Shown: positions 13,431 through 26,849, counted from the stretch's first letter. The stretch: 64,000 bases of DNA from Camelus dromedarius (GCF_036321535.1 NC_087436.1:55616001-55680000); one strand, 5' to 3'. Numbers and translations are program-made. Notes: generated by a model from the letters alone, not told the origin.

Positions 13431-14654
13431 GTGAAAAATACACATTGAATTACTGCATGAATGGAAGTTGGGCGGCATTACTAAATTTGCTATAAATCAT
13501 TACTTAAGTCATGTATGTATAAGTTACAGGATTCTGTGTCACAAGTGGTAACACAAGAACTCTCTGAAACCAGAATATAGAATCCTGAGATAGAAGAAAA
13601 AACTTCAGCAGATGTCTTTTGGCCTGGATGAGACCTCTTATGCTGCACCAATTCAAAGTTTATGAAGCCATTTATTTCTCCCTCAGCTGGGGCTTCTCTG
13701 CTCTGTTAATTTTCATCCTGTTCTTCATTTATTCAACTTTTTAGTCTTTAGGACTACACTGGATTCTGAATATACCACAGAGAAGAAAATGTAATACTCT
13801 GTCCACTCAGCAAGCCCATCTCTATGGAATAATGGGATTCATATAAGAAAATAACACTTACACAAATTGTGGTTTGCCGTAGGTTTGCAAAACCCATAAA
13901 GCCTCTGGGAATCAAGATATATTGAAAAATCCATTCTGCCAGCTACATAAAAACACTTAAAAGCATCAAGATTCTTTGTGCCAAGTGGAGAAATTGCAAG
14001 GAAAGGTGAAAGGATATTACTATGTACTAAGGTATTTGCCTTTAACAGGTTTTCCTTTATTTTTATTAAATGTCTATAGTTCCGGCACAGTGATTTCACT
14101 TTGCATAAAAGCCTAATGTGTCATGGCATAATATTTTTTGAAAAATCATTACTGGATTTTTTAGACAGGATCCAATTTTGTTACACATTTCCTTCTCATC
14201 TAGTGGTCACAAATAACTTAAAATAAATCATTGCATTAAAAATGTACATAAATAAGACTGGTACCTAGAGCTGCATGCAGTATATGATGGCTCTTCAAGA
14301 ATTCAGAATATTTGAGTAGTATAATAATCATTTGTTTCCTCTGATTTAGATTAGGGGGAAAATAGCAACACTTGTGATATTACGCATATTACAATGCTAC
14401 TATTTCAATGACAAAAATGAAAGTGGCACGATGGATCTAGTTTTTTAATATAGTGCACATATATAATACATAAGCATATGGTTTTAGATATGGATTGATG
14501 GGCAGGTGCACAAATACATACATAGCTTTAATGTGCTAGAGGTGTGAGAAAATCACCTTAGACTCAATTGTAGGAGTATTTCTTAGGAGAGTAAATTGCC
14601 CTAACTGTTCAGGTTGGAGTCCCATGGAGACACAAAGAACCCTAATTTTCACAT

Positions 14655-15784
14655 AAATAAAAGCAAAAATAAACAAATGGGACCTAATTAAACTTATAAA
14701 CTTTTGCACAGCAAAGGAAACCATAGGCAAAACAAAAAGAAAACCTATGGAATGGGAGAAAATATTTGCAAAAGATGGGACTGACAAGGACTTAATTTCC
14801 AGAATATATAAACAACTCATACAACTTAATAACAAAAAAACAAACATCCCAATCCAAAAATGGGCAGAAGACCTAAACAAGTAATTCTCCAATGAAGACA
14901 TACAAATGGCCAATAGGCACATGAAAAAAATGCTCAATTTTGCTAATTATCAGAGAAATGCAGATCAAAACTATAATGGGGTATCACCTCACACAAGTCA
15001 GAATGGACATCATCCAAAAATCCACAAATGATCAATGTTGGAGAGGCTGTGGAGAAAAGGAAACCCTCTTACACTGTTGGTGCGAATGCAGTTTGGTGCA
15101 GCCATTATGGAAAACAGTATGAAGATTCCTCCAAAGACTAAAAATAGACTAACCATGTGATCCAGCAATCCCACTTGTGCACCTATATCCAGAGGGAACC
15201 TTAATTCAAAAAGATACATGCACCCCAATGTTCATAGTGGCACTATTTACAATAGCCAAGACATGGAAACAGCCTAAATGTCCATCAACAGGTGACTGGA
15301 TAAAGAAGCTGTGGTATATTTATACAATGGAATACTACTCATTCATAAAAAAGAATAAAATAATGCCATTTGCAGCAACATGGATGGACCTGGAGATTAT
15401 CATTCTAAGTGAACTAAGCTAGAAAGAGAAAGAAAAATACCATGATATCACTTATATGTGGAATCTAAAAAACAAAAAAACAATGAACTTATTTACAAAA
15501 CAGAAACAGACTTAGACATAGGAAGCAAACTTATGGTTATCAGAGGGGAAAGAGGTGGGAAGGGATAAATTGGGAGTTCCAGATTTGCAGATACTAACTA
15601 ATACACATAAAATAGATAAACAACAAGTTTATGCTGTATAGCACAGGGAACTATATTCAATATCTTGTAGTAACTTATGGTGAAAAGAATATGAAAAGGA
15701 ATATATGAATGTTCATGTATGACTGAAGCATTATGCTGCAACCCATAAATTGACACAACATTGTAAACTGACTATAGTTCAAAA

Positions 15785-15793
<9 letters not shown>
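14655..15793 (+). mobile_element. 5'-truncated lineage-specific L1 (ORF2 C-terminus, 3' UTR, poly(A)); camelid-like
   Basis: ORF-track peptides [17 protein letters not shown]...[15 protein letters not shown] and [36 protein letters not shown] are L1 ORF2, broken by stops and frameshifts. A13 tail at 15781-15793 runs into (TA)n(GA)n. Confidence 0.95.
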
Positions 15794-15815
<22 letters not shown>

Positions 15816-15959
15816 TCTCTACACAGAGAGAGAGAGGGAGGGAGAGACAGAGAGAGGTATGGAAGCTAGATCAGCCCCTAAGCTCTTAACTGCCATCTCA
15901 GCGCCCCTGTGACACAAGGCAGGTGTATGTGTTCCTGAGCAGAAAAAAAAATCCTGCTT

Positions 15960-16849
15960 TTTAAAATAGATTTTATTTTTTAAGGCACTTTTAGGTTCAT
16001 AGTATTATTGAGCAGAAAGTACAGAGATTTTCCATGTACTGCTTGCCCACACAAGTGCATAGCCTTTCCCATATTCAGCATTGCCCACCAGAGTGGTACA
16101 TTTGTTACAAGTTATGAATCCACAATTACATACAATTATTACTGAAAGTCAGTAGTTTACTTTAGGATTCATTCTTGGTGTTGTCCATTCTATGAGTTTG
16201 GACTAATTCATAACAATATGTACCACCATTATAGTAGCATACAGAATACTTTCACTGCCCTAAGTATCCTCAATGCGCTATATGTGTATCCCTCCATCTT
16301 ATCCCCAAACCCTAGCAACCAAATGATCTTTTTACTGTCTCCATAATTTTGCCTTTTCCAGAATGTCATAGAGTTGGAATTGTACAGTATGTAGACTTCT
16401 CAGTTGACTTCCTACACTTAGTAATATGCATTTAAACTTCCTCAATTATCTTTTTTCTCTTTATTTACTTATTTTAATTTTTATACAATTTTTAAAGGTT
16501 ACATTTACAGTTATTACAAAATATTGGCTATAATCCCTGTGTTGTACAATACATCCCTCAGCCTATCTTACATCCAGTAGTTTGTGCCTCCCACTCTCCC
16601 ACCTGTCTATTGCTACTCCTCCTCTCTGCTCACTGGTAACAACTAGTTTGTTCCCTCTAACTGTGAGTCTGCTTCTTTTTTGCTATATTCACTAGTTTGT
16701 TGTATTTTTTAGATTCCACATATAAGTGATATCATACAGTATTTGTCTTTCTCTGTCTGACTTATTTCACTTAGCATAATGCCCTCCAAGTCCATCCATG
16801 TTGCTGCAAATGGCAAAATTCTGTTCTTTCTTTTATGCCTAAGTATTCC

Positions 16850-16893
<44 letters not shown>

Positions 16894-18568
16894 TACGTAT
16901 ATACTTCTTCTTTATTCATTCATCTGTTGATGGACATTTAGGTTGCTTCCATATCTTGGCAATTGTAAAAAAAAATGCTGCTATAAACATTGGGGTGCAT
17001 GTATCTTTTTGAATGACTGTTTTTGCTTTTTTCAGATATATAACCAGGAGTAGAATCGCTAGGTTATATATGGTAGTTCTATTTTCAGTTTTTTAAGAAA
17101 TCGCCATATGATTTTCCACAGTGGCTACGCCAATTTACATTCCCACCAACAGTATACAAGGGTTCCCTTTTCTCCACGTCCTCACCAACATTTGTTATTT
17201 GTGTTCTTTTTGATAATAGCCATTCTGACAGCTGTGAGGTGATATCTCATTGTGGTTTTGAGTTGCATCTCCCCAATGGTTAGTGATGTTGAGCATCTTT
17301 TCATGTGCCTATTGCCATCTACACTTCCTCTCTGAAAAAGTGTTCAGTCCTTCTGCCTAGTTTTTAATCAGGTTATTTATTTTTTGATGTTGAGTTGTAT
17401 GAGCTGTTTATATATATTGGATATTAATCTCTTGTCATATCATTTGCAAATATTTTCTCATATTCCACAGGTTGTCTTTTTGTTTTGTTGATGGTTTCCT
17501 TTGCTATGCAAAAGCTTTTAAGTTTAATTAGGTCCCATTTGTTTATTTTTGCTTTTATTTCCTTTAGGAGACGGATTCAAAAAAATATTGCTGCAATTTA
17601 TCTCAGTGTTCTGCCTATGTTTTCCTTTAGGAATTTTATAGTATCTATGATTCTTCATGGCTTGATAGCTCATTTGTTTTTTGCACTGAGCAATATTCCA
17701 TTGTGTGGATGTACCAAGTTTTGGCAATTATGAATAAGGTGGCTATAAATGTGTGTGCATGTTTTGGGGTGGACATAAGATTCAACTCCCTTAGGAAAAT
17801 ACCCAGGAACATGACTATTAGATGGTATGGTATGCTTAGTTGCATTCCCACCAGCAATGAATGAGAAATCCTGTTGTTCCACATCCTCATTAGCATTTGG
17901 TGTCGTCAGCGTTCTGGATTTTGCCCGCTCTAGTAGGTGTGTAGTAGTCTGTCATTGTTGTTTCAATTTGCACTTCCCTGATAATGTACGATGTGAAGCA
18001 TCTTTTCAGATGCTTATTTACCTTCTTTGTATTTTCTTTGGTGTGGTGCCTGTGAAGTTGTATGATCCATTTTTTAATCAGGTTGTTTGTTTTCTTCTTT
18101 TAAGTTTTGGGAGTTATTCGTAAATTTTGAATAGCAATAGTTTATCAGGTACGTATTTTACAAACATTTTCTCCCAATCTGTGGTTTGTCCTTTCATTCT
18201 CTTGACAGTGTCTTTAGCAGAGGAGAATTTTTAATTTTAATAAAGTCTAGCTTATCAATTCTTTCTTTCATGGATTCTGCTTTTGTTGTTGTGTCAAAAA
18301 AGTCATTGCCAAATCCAAGGTCATCTAGATTTTTCCCCTTTATTATTTACTAAGAATTTTATAGTTTAGTATTTTATATTTAAGTCTGTGATCCCTTTTG
18401 AGTTAATTTTTGAAGGGTATTAAAATCTGTGTCTAGATTCTTTTTTTTATATGTGTATGTCCAATTGTTCCAGCATTATTTGTTGAAAAGAATGCCTTTG
18501 CTACATTGTATTGCCTTTAAACCTTGGTCAAAAATCAGTTGACTATATTCTAGTGGGTCTATGTCTGT
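15960..18568 (-). mobile_element. L1MC1-like LINE (3' UTR plus ORF2 end), split by a younger L1
   Basis: The reverse L1MC 3' end at 15960-16445 stops at atgcatttaaacttcctc and resumes at ~17648 with ttcatggcttgatagctcattt. It then continues as reverse ORF2 to ~18568. Confidence 0.85.
16450..17647 (-). mobile_element. Younger cetartiodactyl-type L1 3' fragment nested in L1MC1
   Basis: T-rich tail at 16450-16495; aaatattggctataatccctgtgttgtacaatacatcc 3' UTR; reverse ORF2 to ~17645; internal (CA)n at 16853-16891. Confidence 0.9.
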
Positions 18569-19715
18569 GAAAAACTGCCTTTTGGGAGCCTAAGTGAAAT
18601 GTGGCCCTCCTCAGTGAGCCTGGGCACGCGGGAAATTAGACTGTGCCACACAATGTGTAGCAGCAAGAAGCTATGGTAGTGAGAAGCTAATCAGACCCCA
18701 CTTTTCTCAGCGTTTGACTGTCGAAGCCCAGATTAACCCCTTGCTAAATTGTGTAAGTGCTCGAAGTACAAGGAGAGGGGTTCTCAAGAAGAAAATAATA
18801 AACCGTGTATTAATGAGAAGTAAAAGTGCTTAAGCAATTAAGTAGAAATGCAGAAGAGATCTAACTGTATTTTTAGTTTGAACTTGTAGAGTCCACGACA
18901 GTTATACTCAAATCCATGCATGTACACACACATATATATTTACACCCATTTTTCAATGATCCGGCTTTTCACCGTGACAACTCCATCACCCAATCCTGAA
19001 GTATTAAAAAAATTTCCACTCTAAACCAAAATTAGAACCATCAACAATATAATTAGCATCAGACAGCGATACTCAAAGAGAAAGATTAGAGAAGATCCCC
19101 AGCATCAGCAGAACAGTCTCCCCTTGCACTGGAGTAAGAATGGCAGGCAGGTATTTTGAGCTCTGTTAAGCAGTGAAGTTTTTATGTGTCTCTCTGGAAA
19201 TGAATTTGGATTGATGACTGGTCTGTCATCAGCTGCTTGGAAATACTGAACCATTTGGTAAATAATGTGGACAGATTCCCATCAACCTTTCCCTCTATAT
19301 TGCTGTCTTTGTTGCTTGTCTAATACAAAGATTTGTTTCTAATTAAAGTGGAGTTTTGAAAGAAGACAAGTTGAGGGGTAGACATAAATCGATTTGATTG
19401 TAGAGTAGAAATACCAGACAAACAGGAAAGCTTCCAGTGTCAAGAGATAAAGCAGAGTGTGAGCAGTAAGAGGGAGGGGTCCCTGTGCTGAGCCTCGAGC
19501 TATTCAGGAGGCAGAAGAGAAAGCTGTATTCTGTGGCCACTTCTAGAGCAATTCGGAACACAGCCTAGCATTTTAAAGGGGCTTTACTTTTTTTTGAAAA
19601 GTACAATTTGGCCAATTCAGATGGGACTGAACTGGCCAGACAGTTACAATTAATTGAAGAATTGCTTTTAGCAAAATTTCAACATTTTGCAAGCTAAGGG
19701 ACTGGACTGACTCAC

Positions 19716-19783
19716 CAGAGTAATGTGTTGTCATTAATGCACTGACCTTGAAATAGAGGACATGCCATGGTGAAGGGAGCTCT
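19716..19783 (-). other. Candidate exon (68 nt)
   Basis: Minus strand: gtatttctgtttcccag|AGAG...CTCTG|gtgagt, near-consensus acceptor and donor; two frames are open. Confidence 0.3.
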
Positions 19784-20618
19784 CTGGGAAACAGAAATAC
19801 ATTGATACCAGTTACTGTGTGATTTATTTTAGCGGACACTAGCAGAAAGTAGAGGCTGGGAATATTTCAAAATGAAGCTATCATTCTGACCAACAATCTG
19901 ATGATTTAATGTAAATATTAACAAAAGTTCATATACCTATGTCTGTGTATTTATCAGAATACCAAAAAGGTTGATCATTTTTGTTTAATAGAGTATGTCA
20001 ATGTTCCACCAAGTTTTTTTCAAAAAGAAAAATTAATAATGTTTGTCCAGTGTTATTTATTATCAGCATACTGATTTCCTGACATTTCTGGAAGGTAATA
20101 AAGAGAGCACCATTTTAAAATACATTTTATTCCTAAAGTCCACAAGAAACTACAAGCATAATTTGGACAACCAGTAACAGTAAAGTTTTCAGTGTCTATG
20201 TAAAATCACATGTGTGTCTGTATGTTTGATTTCAATTCTTTCCCCATATTTATGTATCACAGTTATTGCTATAAAGATCTATGGAGGAGGAGCTATGGGT
20301 TATTTCCAAAGGACGTATTTAATTGCTTTGGGAATATTCCAAGACCTGTAGTGCTACCAGATCTTGAGGTTTAAGAAAACAGGATCTAACAGCCATGGTG
20401 CTTGAGCCAGCCTCCCCAGTATCCCTGCAGGTACCCCTGCCGCTCCATTATTACATTTAATCCCTGCAAAGAGGGATACAAAGGACAGTGGGATACAGCA
20501 GGAAATCTATAAATATTGGCCAATCTACTGACTTATTCCTGCATATTGGCCACTTCTCATGTCTTCCTTTTGAAAATAAAGAAAAAATTCACCCAAAGCT
20601 CAAGTCCTCTTATTTAGC

Positions 20619-20930
20619 ACAGTGGCTTCCAACTTCAATAACATAAACTTTTTTTAATAACAAAAACTTACAGGTCCCTTATATTGTAGTAATTTTTCTC
20701 TTAGAATCCATTGATTAAGACAATCATAATGATACAATACTCTTTATAAAATCAGTATGTATTTAAAGAATGTAGATTTCATTAATATCTTTGCATACAT
20801 ATTCATTATTCATGCTGCATATTTTGTTAGAGCTAAATTAAGACCAAACTGACAGTGCTTTGTGTGCATATGAATTGTTGGATTCTTTTTTCTGGGACCT
20901 GTACCCCCACTGATTGTGAACTCTTGCTCT
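20619..20930. mobile_element. Possible hAT-Charlie non-autonomous DNA transposon
   Basis: The ends cagtggcttccaac ... gtgaactcttg followed by ctctag resemble Charlie TIRs and target site. Confidence 0.4.
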
Positions 20931-20989
20931 AGCCCCTTCACTTTGCTGAAAGATTTCTTCTCACTCAAAGTTGCACCCAACCACCTACC

Positions 20990-21651
20990 CTACTTTCTAC
21001 TCTCCATAGTCGGTGATCCCTTTAAATGTAAGTCAGATCCTGGCGCTCCTCTTCTCAGAGTCCTTCAAGGCCTTCTCTCTCACTAAGAGTAGAAGCCATA
21101 ATCCTTGCGATGGCCTATAAGGCCTCCAAGATCCTGTGTCACCTCCCGGGCACCATCTCTAAAGCTTGCTCTCTCCCTCTCCAACCTTCCCCCACCCCAG
21201 TTCCAGGCACACTGCCCTCTTTCCTCTTCCCCAGATAACCAGGTCCAACTGCTCCCATCTCAAGGTTGCTGGACTTCATATCACCTTTGTCTGGAATATT
21301 CTCTCAGGAGGGCTCACTCTTTCACCATCTTCAAGGATTTGCTTTTATTACCACATCAGAGAGGACTTCCCTAACCATTCTATTTTAACTTGTCATTTCT
21401 GAATATTTTATACTCCCAGCTCCCCTTATCTTTAAATAATTTTCCTCCATAGCACTTATTACTGTCTGATAAAACATAAAGGTTATTTGTTTATAGTTTA
21501 CTGTCTGAGTTTCCTCATTTCAATTAAGGCTTCATGAGGCAGGGAGGCATATATTTACATGTTTTTATTCACTACTCTATCTCCCCTGGTTGGAACAGTG
21601 TCTGGGACATGGCAGGTACTCAGTAAATATTTGTGAATAAATGAATGAATT
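20990..21651 (+). mobile_element. L2a-type LINE 3' end
   Basis: aaatgtaagtcagatc...cagtgtctgggacatggcaggtactcagtaaatatttgtgaataaatgaatgaat, the canonical L2 terminus. Confidence 0.9.
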
Positions 21652-23171
21652 CATTAATCAGTTATTTTCTTTGTTTAATTCAAAATATGATGCATCTAGA
21701 ATCCCTTCTTGGTTAACCATAAATTCTGGAATGCAATTTCATTCTATCTCAAATTTGTTAAATTTTTATTTCTTCCTAAGTGAATTTTGCCTGCTCTAAA
21801 AGCCAGTTGCATATTAAATTCAGGATCTCCTTCATGTTCTCCAAATGCTTCTGACACAGTGCTAAGCTCTTACAAGATCTTTAACAAACAAACAAAACAA
21901 GCAAAACACTGCCTGGTTTAAAATGACTTGCTTTGAAAATGTTGGGGAAAATAAATTGCTCTCCCACCCTCACTTTGCTACTTCATTGTCTTCATAAAGC
22001 ACAGATAACAGAGGGAAGTAACTTTTGAATAATGTCATTAACATAAAAATCTGACTGAGGTGAGGGAAAGATGGAAAGGGATACACTCATATGAAAAAGC
22101 AGGAGTGCATCTGAAGAATCAGTACAAGTATGATAGTGAGAAAGAACTAAAGAGATGATCTTTAAAAACTGGTCACAAATTCCCTTCCACCTTATTGATG
22201 AGAGCTTCACTGATCCACAATGCACACCAGTCAACCTGAATGATATGTATTTACACATACAGGCGGTCCATTTCTCATACTTGTAATGGTCTTTCTTTCC
22301 TCATCTTATGTCCCCATATTTTACAGCCGTTTTTAAGGTTACATTTAAGTACTATTTTCTTCATTAAAATTTCCTTTATTCTCCCATTAGAAAGAAGTTT
22401 ACCCTTCATGGTTATTTTGTAGCACCTAATCTTTACACATATTATACTATTTAACAAATGTTACCTGCTGTTATGATTATATATGCATTTGACCTACCAC
22501 ATTACCATTTTGAAGACAAAGTCTAGGTTGATTTACCATATAATCTTTAGCAACAACTCACTAATTTCAGAGTGTGTACTGAATATATGTATGTTGGATA
22601 GGTAGATGAATGGATAAATGACTGATAGATGATTGATAGATAGCTTGAATATATACTTGACAATAGCAAAACCTCAAGTTCAAAAAGACATTGTTACACT
22701 GTCAAGCACTGACTTCTTAGCTAATGGTAGTTTTATATTGTGTTCAAAAGAAAATCAAAATATTTCTTTAAAAACAAAGCTTAATGAAAATAAACTATAT
22801 TTAAGAGTGAGAAACTTATGGGACATCAAAGTTTCTTAGAAAATGTATAGTAATTATTTGAAAGTTTCCTGAGAACCTAAAACAATCAGGGAATATGAAA
22901 AGATTTTTTAAAAAATCACAAATTTTCTGATATCGTTAATTGCAACTCTGGATTAAGAAATATATTTAAATGTTAATTTTCAAATGTGTTTGTGACAGAA
23001 AAAATGTGAAAACTACAAAATACAGTTCTTCATTTAATAATTTAACTATATATATATACAGGACTTACCATGTCCCAGGGATTACTGGAAATAATTTTTT
23101 TATTTAAATTAATATTGTATTTATAATTTCAGATCACTCACAAGCTTAATTCCAAAACCAAATCTGGTGAG

Positions 23172-23450
23172 AAAAAAAAAGCCTACCAATCAAGTGTGGG
23201 TCTTTTATAATCAGTTTGTTACACTGAGAGTATCAATAATTATACCTTTTAAATTTCCTATTATAATAACATATAACGCTATTCAAATGTAGGTAAAAAT
23301 GTATAAAATTCTCATTTGAGTGACTATTCTATTTAATTTGATATTTACCAATAAAGTATTATTTTCCTAACTACTTCTAAATAGGTTAAGTATTAAAATA
23401 TATCTACCATCTGTTAAGCCAACCAAAAAAAAAAAAAAAAAAAAGCCTAC
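23172..23450 (+). pseudogene. Candidate short retroposed insert (3' UTR retrocopy) with A20 tail and target-site duplication
   Basis: aaaaaaaaagcctac at 23172-23186 and 23436-23450; A20 at 23425-23444; AATAAA at 23350 and ATTAAA at 23392. Confidence 0.45.
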
Positions 23451-23999
23451 AAAAAACAAGAACGCAGCATTGAATAAAATTAAAATGAAAAGCAGGATTT
23501 TTTTTTTTTTTGGTCACAAGAGAGGCGAGAGAGCACCAAAAAGTCAAATGAGCTGGAACTAAGATAAAACCTGAGAGAGCACTTAAGAAAGTGCTTCACA
23601 CAATGGTCAAATCCATCCAAATCAGAACATCTTGAATAGTCCATTAACTGTGGGCCTTTCTACCCTAATTAATGCAGGAAGGTATCCTAGGATATGAGAA
23701 AAAAGAAATTCACTTATCTTAGCTAGGTTAGCAACAAACAGATGGGCTTTTTTACTACATACAACTCACAGAATGGTTACAACCCAAAGGGGGAAGCATA
23801 ATGTTTTAAAATCATCCTCTACTGAGCCTTTAACAACTATTGTTCCTTCTGTCCTAAGATTCTGTCATTCTGCCATTCTTCAGGGTTTCAATACACTAGC
23901 ATTTGCCTATCCCTGTCCTATGACTTATATATTTCCTGTACCTTGTCTTATTTATTCCATTTTTAAACCTCATTTTATTGTGAAGATAGAAATATGAGT

Positions 24000-24770
24000 A
24001 ATGCATTATGTTGCTCTTCCAGGAACTCACAGTAGGAGAGCCTGTTCTGAAGGTTTGTAACCACTGGGTAACAATGCAAAAACAAGCTCATAAACATTTT
24101 TCAAAGGTAAGCTAGAGGGTGTGTGAATACACATGTGGGAGATGTCATGTGCAAAGATTTCCTAAACAATGTAACACCTCTCTTGGACTCTGAATGTAGT
24201 ATTTTATTTTATTTGCTTAAGTAGAAAGAATAGAAAAGCAGTCTGGAAAGAGGTAACAAATTAAGCAAAAGTATGAAAGTATAAAATTAATATAATCTAT
24301 AGGAAGCTTGGGAAAAAAATCAAATTTCCTGAAATATAAAGTGAAGTATAAAGCATCTCACCAATGGAAAATGGTTTGGCAACTAGAGTTTAAATCATAA
24401 AAAAGCATCAGCTGTCATGATGATAGGGGTAGATGTCTTCTCCAACAGTGAGGAGGTAAAGACTAGACTTCAGTTTTAGAGATCTCTTGGCAGTAGGATG
24501 AATTATGGATGATTTCTCAGTAAGGAAACGGCAGTGGGAATAGGAAGTAACAGAGCAATCGAAAGAAATAGAGGTTTGCTGAATAGCCAGATATGGGAGA
24601 GGAATGATGCATATAAGATGGTTGTCAGTTTTCTTGTTTGGGAACTAGAATTAATCTACATATCTACCAAGAGAGTTAATATAGGATAACAAAATATTGG
24701 AAGAGAAAAGGCATTTCTTATTTTGGACTTTATCTTGACATCCATATGATAATCCATTTGGAATGTAATT
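24000..24770 (-). mobile_element. Degraded L2 fragment
   Basis: Purine-rich reverse-L2 character (ggaactcacagtaggagag...gttttagagatctcttggcagtag). Confidence 0.5.
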
Positions 24771-24944
24771 TTTAATTTATATTTTTAAAACCTTTAATTT
24801 CAGGTGTAAAAAAGTAGTTAAAGAGTTTTAAGTCTTGAAAGCAACGTTACATTTTAAGTAGGAATTTTAAGTAGGAATTTTTTGTTTCCAGAATCGTTAC
24901 TGCTTAGTAATTTTAAGTACAGTATATAGCTTTAAAGTGTTAAC

Positions 24945-25092
24945 CTCCTTTGCAAATCCAGTTGGGACATCCAGCTTTTCAATATTTTCTTTTCCTGTCA
25001 CCAGTAAATCCATCATAAATAGCATGGTTTCTTTCAGGTTCTTCACTTTTGTTAGTGATCATCATGAAAAAACGGTCTCTCAAACAATTCAG
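24945..25092 (-). other. Candidate exon (148 nt), either terminal or frameshifted
   Basis: Acceptor ttttgttttgacattcag|; 116-nt GT-AG intron to the 25209-25254 exon. The entering frame reads AELFERPFFHDDH*; a second frame is open from 25058 to 24945, ending at a weak donor GAG|gttaac. Confidence 0.4.
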
Positions 25093-25208
25093 CTGAATGT
25101 CAAAACAAAAGCATTTTTATTTTAAGGGGGAACACTTGTTTCTAATTTTCCGACAAAAAAGAACAGAAAGTGAAGTCATCTAATGACTTTTCAGGGTACC
25201 TAACTTAC

Positions 25209-25254
25209 CCATCTGAATGGCTCTATAAGAGACATACTTGAATGCATCTGAAAC
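25209..25254 (-). other. Candidate exon (46 nt)
   Basis: Minus strand: ccaccctttcag|GTTTCAG...AGATGG|gtaagt; reads VSDAFKYVSYRAIQM plus 1 nt. Confidence 0.45.
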
Positions 25255-26849
25255 CTGAAAGGGTGGTATGGATTTGGGATAAAGATTAAACTAAGATCAG
25301 ATTCATAACATTTTTTGCAGGCAAAAGGAGACAGTAATGTATATTGAATTAGCCAAAGGCATGTCAGCAAGGAAAAACACAGACATGAGGAGAAAATTCC
25401 AGAACAGTAAAATGCTAGTATTATTACATTTTTCTTAAATATTTTTTTAAATGACAAAAAGAAGAAAAGATAAAACCACCTACTATGTGTGCCTCTAGAT
25501 TTTAAGAATATCAATGTTGTTTATGAAGAAAATAAGAAAACTGATTGCTTTTATTGAATACTTTTGGTGCTATTCTTTCATAAGTTTGGGTTCAGTTTTC
25601 TTTTGTATTTTAATACTTTCCCTCTTCCCAGTGGGTGTATGATTCTGAGTTTGATATGTGAGAGGAAGAATCACGCAGATGTCTAGAATTCTTATCTCTT
25701 CTCCCAGTAGGTTTGTTTTTAATTCACTCTCCCACACTTGTATGTCTACCCTCCTTAATAAAAATGAAATCCCTTTTTATTCATTAGCATTTTAATAGAA
25801 AAAGAAGACTACAATAATGGTATATGCTACGTCCATATGCTATGTTAAATAGGACAGAGCATTCTGTAATTCCCAGAAGAAAATTTTTGTGCAGGCTAAA
25901 TATAGCATTTTGATTGTATCAGTACTAGATTTGGTCGTATTGCCTTTCCTCACAGCAATTACGGTAAGAGCACCTAAATGTCTAAAAATAACATTCAGTA
26001 ATTTTGTCTGTGTTGTGAGAGTATTATTTTAAATATTATGAGGCACAATTGAAATAAATATATTTTAAATCTTAAGAAATCCTAAAGTAAAACAGCCACT
26101 TCACTTTTTCATCAGGCTATACAGAGCTGTGTCAGCTATTCCAACCATAGATATTCCAAACTTCTTATCTCAAAAATGTTGTTAATTGTCTAAAAACCTG
26201 TCTTTCTCTCTGAAAAGTGTATTTGGTGGAAGCTACTTATCAAACACATCATAGAACACAATGGCCTCCACGAGTCAAAGAAACTGCCAGACTCTGACAC
26301 ACACAATGATGCTCTACGTTCCAGACTGCGACACGTAGTCTATCAGCTTTGGAATGGATAAAGAACAAAATCGTAATTTATCACACTGTATAAGTGTTAT
26401 TAATATAAAGAGAGAAATAAATAGGAAAAGGAAAACTTAAGTCTACCAGACCCTTTTTATTATTTGATATTTTACCTTATTATTTTAAAGCATGCTTGGG
26501 ATTGCAACAGCTTTCAGTTAATTTGATAACTATCTTATGATTAATATGTGAAGCAGTCAGGCATGCATTCCCATTTAGAAGAGAGCTACTTCTCCAGCTC
26601 TGAAATATCATTCTCTTATATTTTCACGGGCCTCTATAGACCAGCTTTAAAGAAGGGAAGGGCACTTCTCTGCATGCAAAGAGTAGCTGTCTACCTTAGA
26701 ACTTCTATCTTGTTTTCAAGATATCTTTACTTGGTTGTCATATAGTTATGTATTAACAGAAATAATACAAACAATAACAAACATACAATTATCTTCAGGG
26801 TAATCAGAGTGGAGTAATATGTTTCAAAATTTATAAAGCCCCCAAATAA

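Noticed and set aside
14536..15422. Protein-like ORFs at 14536-15422 and 17485-18123
   Set aside because: Sense and antisense translations of broken L1 ORF2, not host genes.
24851..24880. 13-bp tandem duplication attttaagtagga x2
   Set aside because: Ordinary slippage duplication.
25940..25970. Tiny + strand AG..GT segments (8 nt near 25956; 11 nt near 7340)
   Set aside because: Not multiples of 3, and such patterns are expected by chance.
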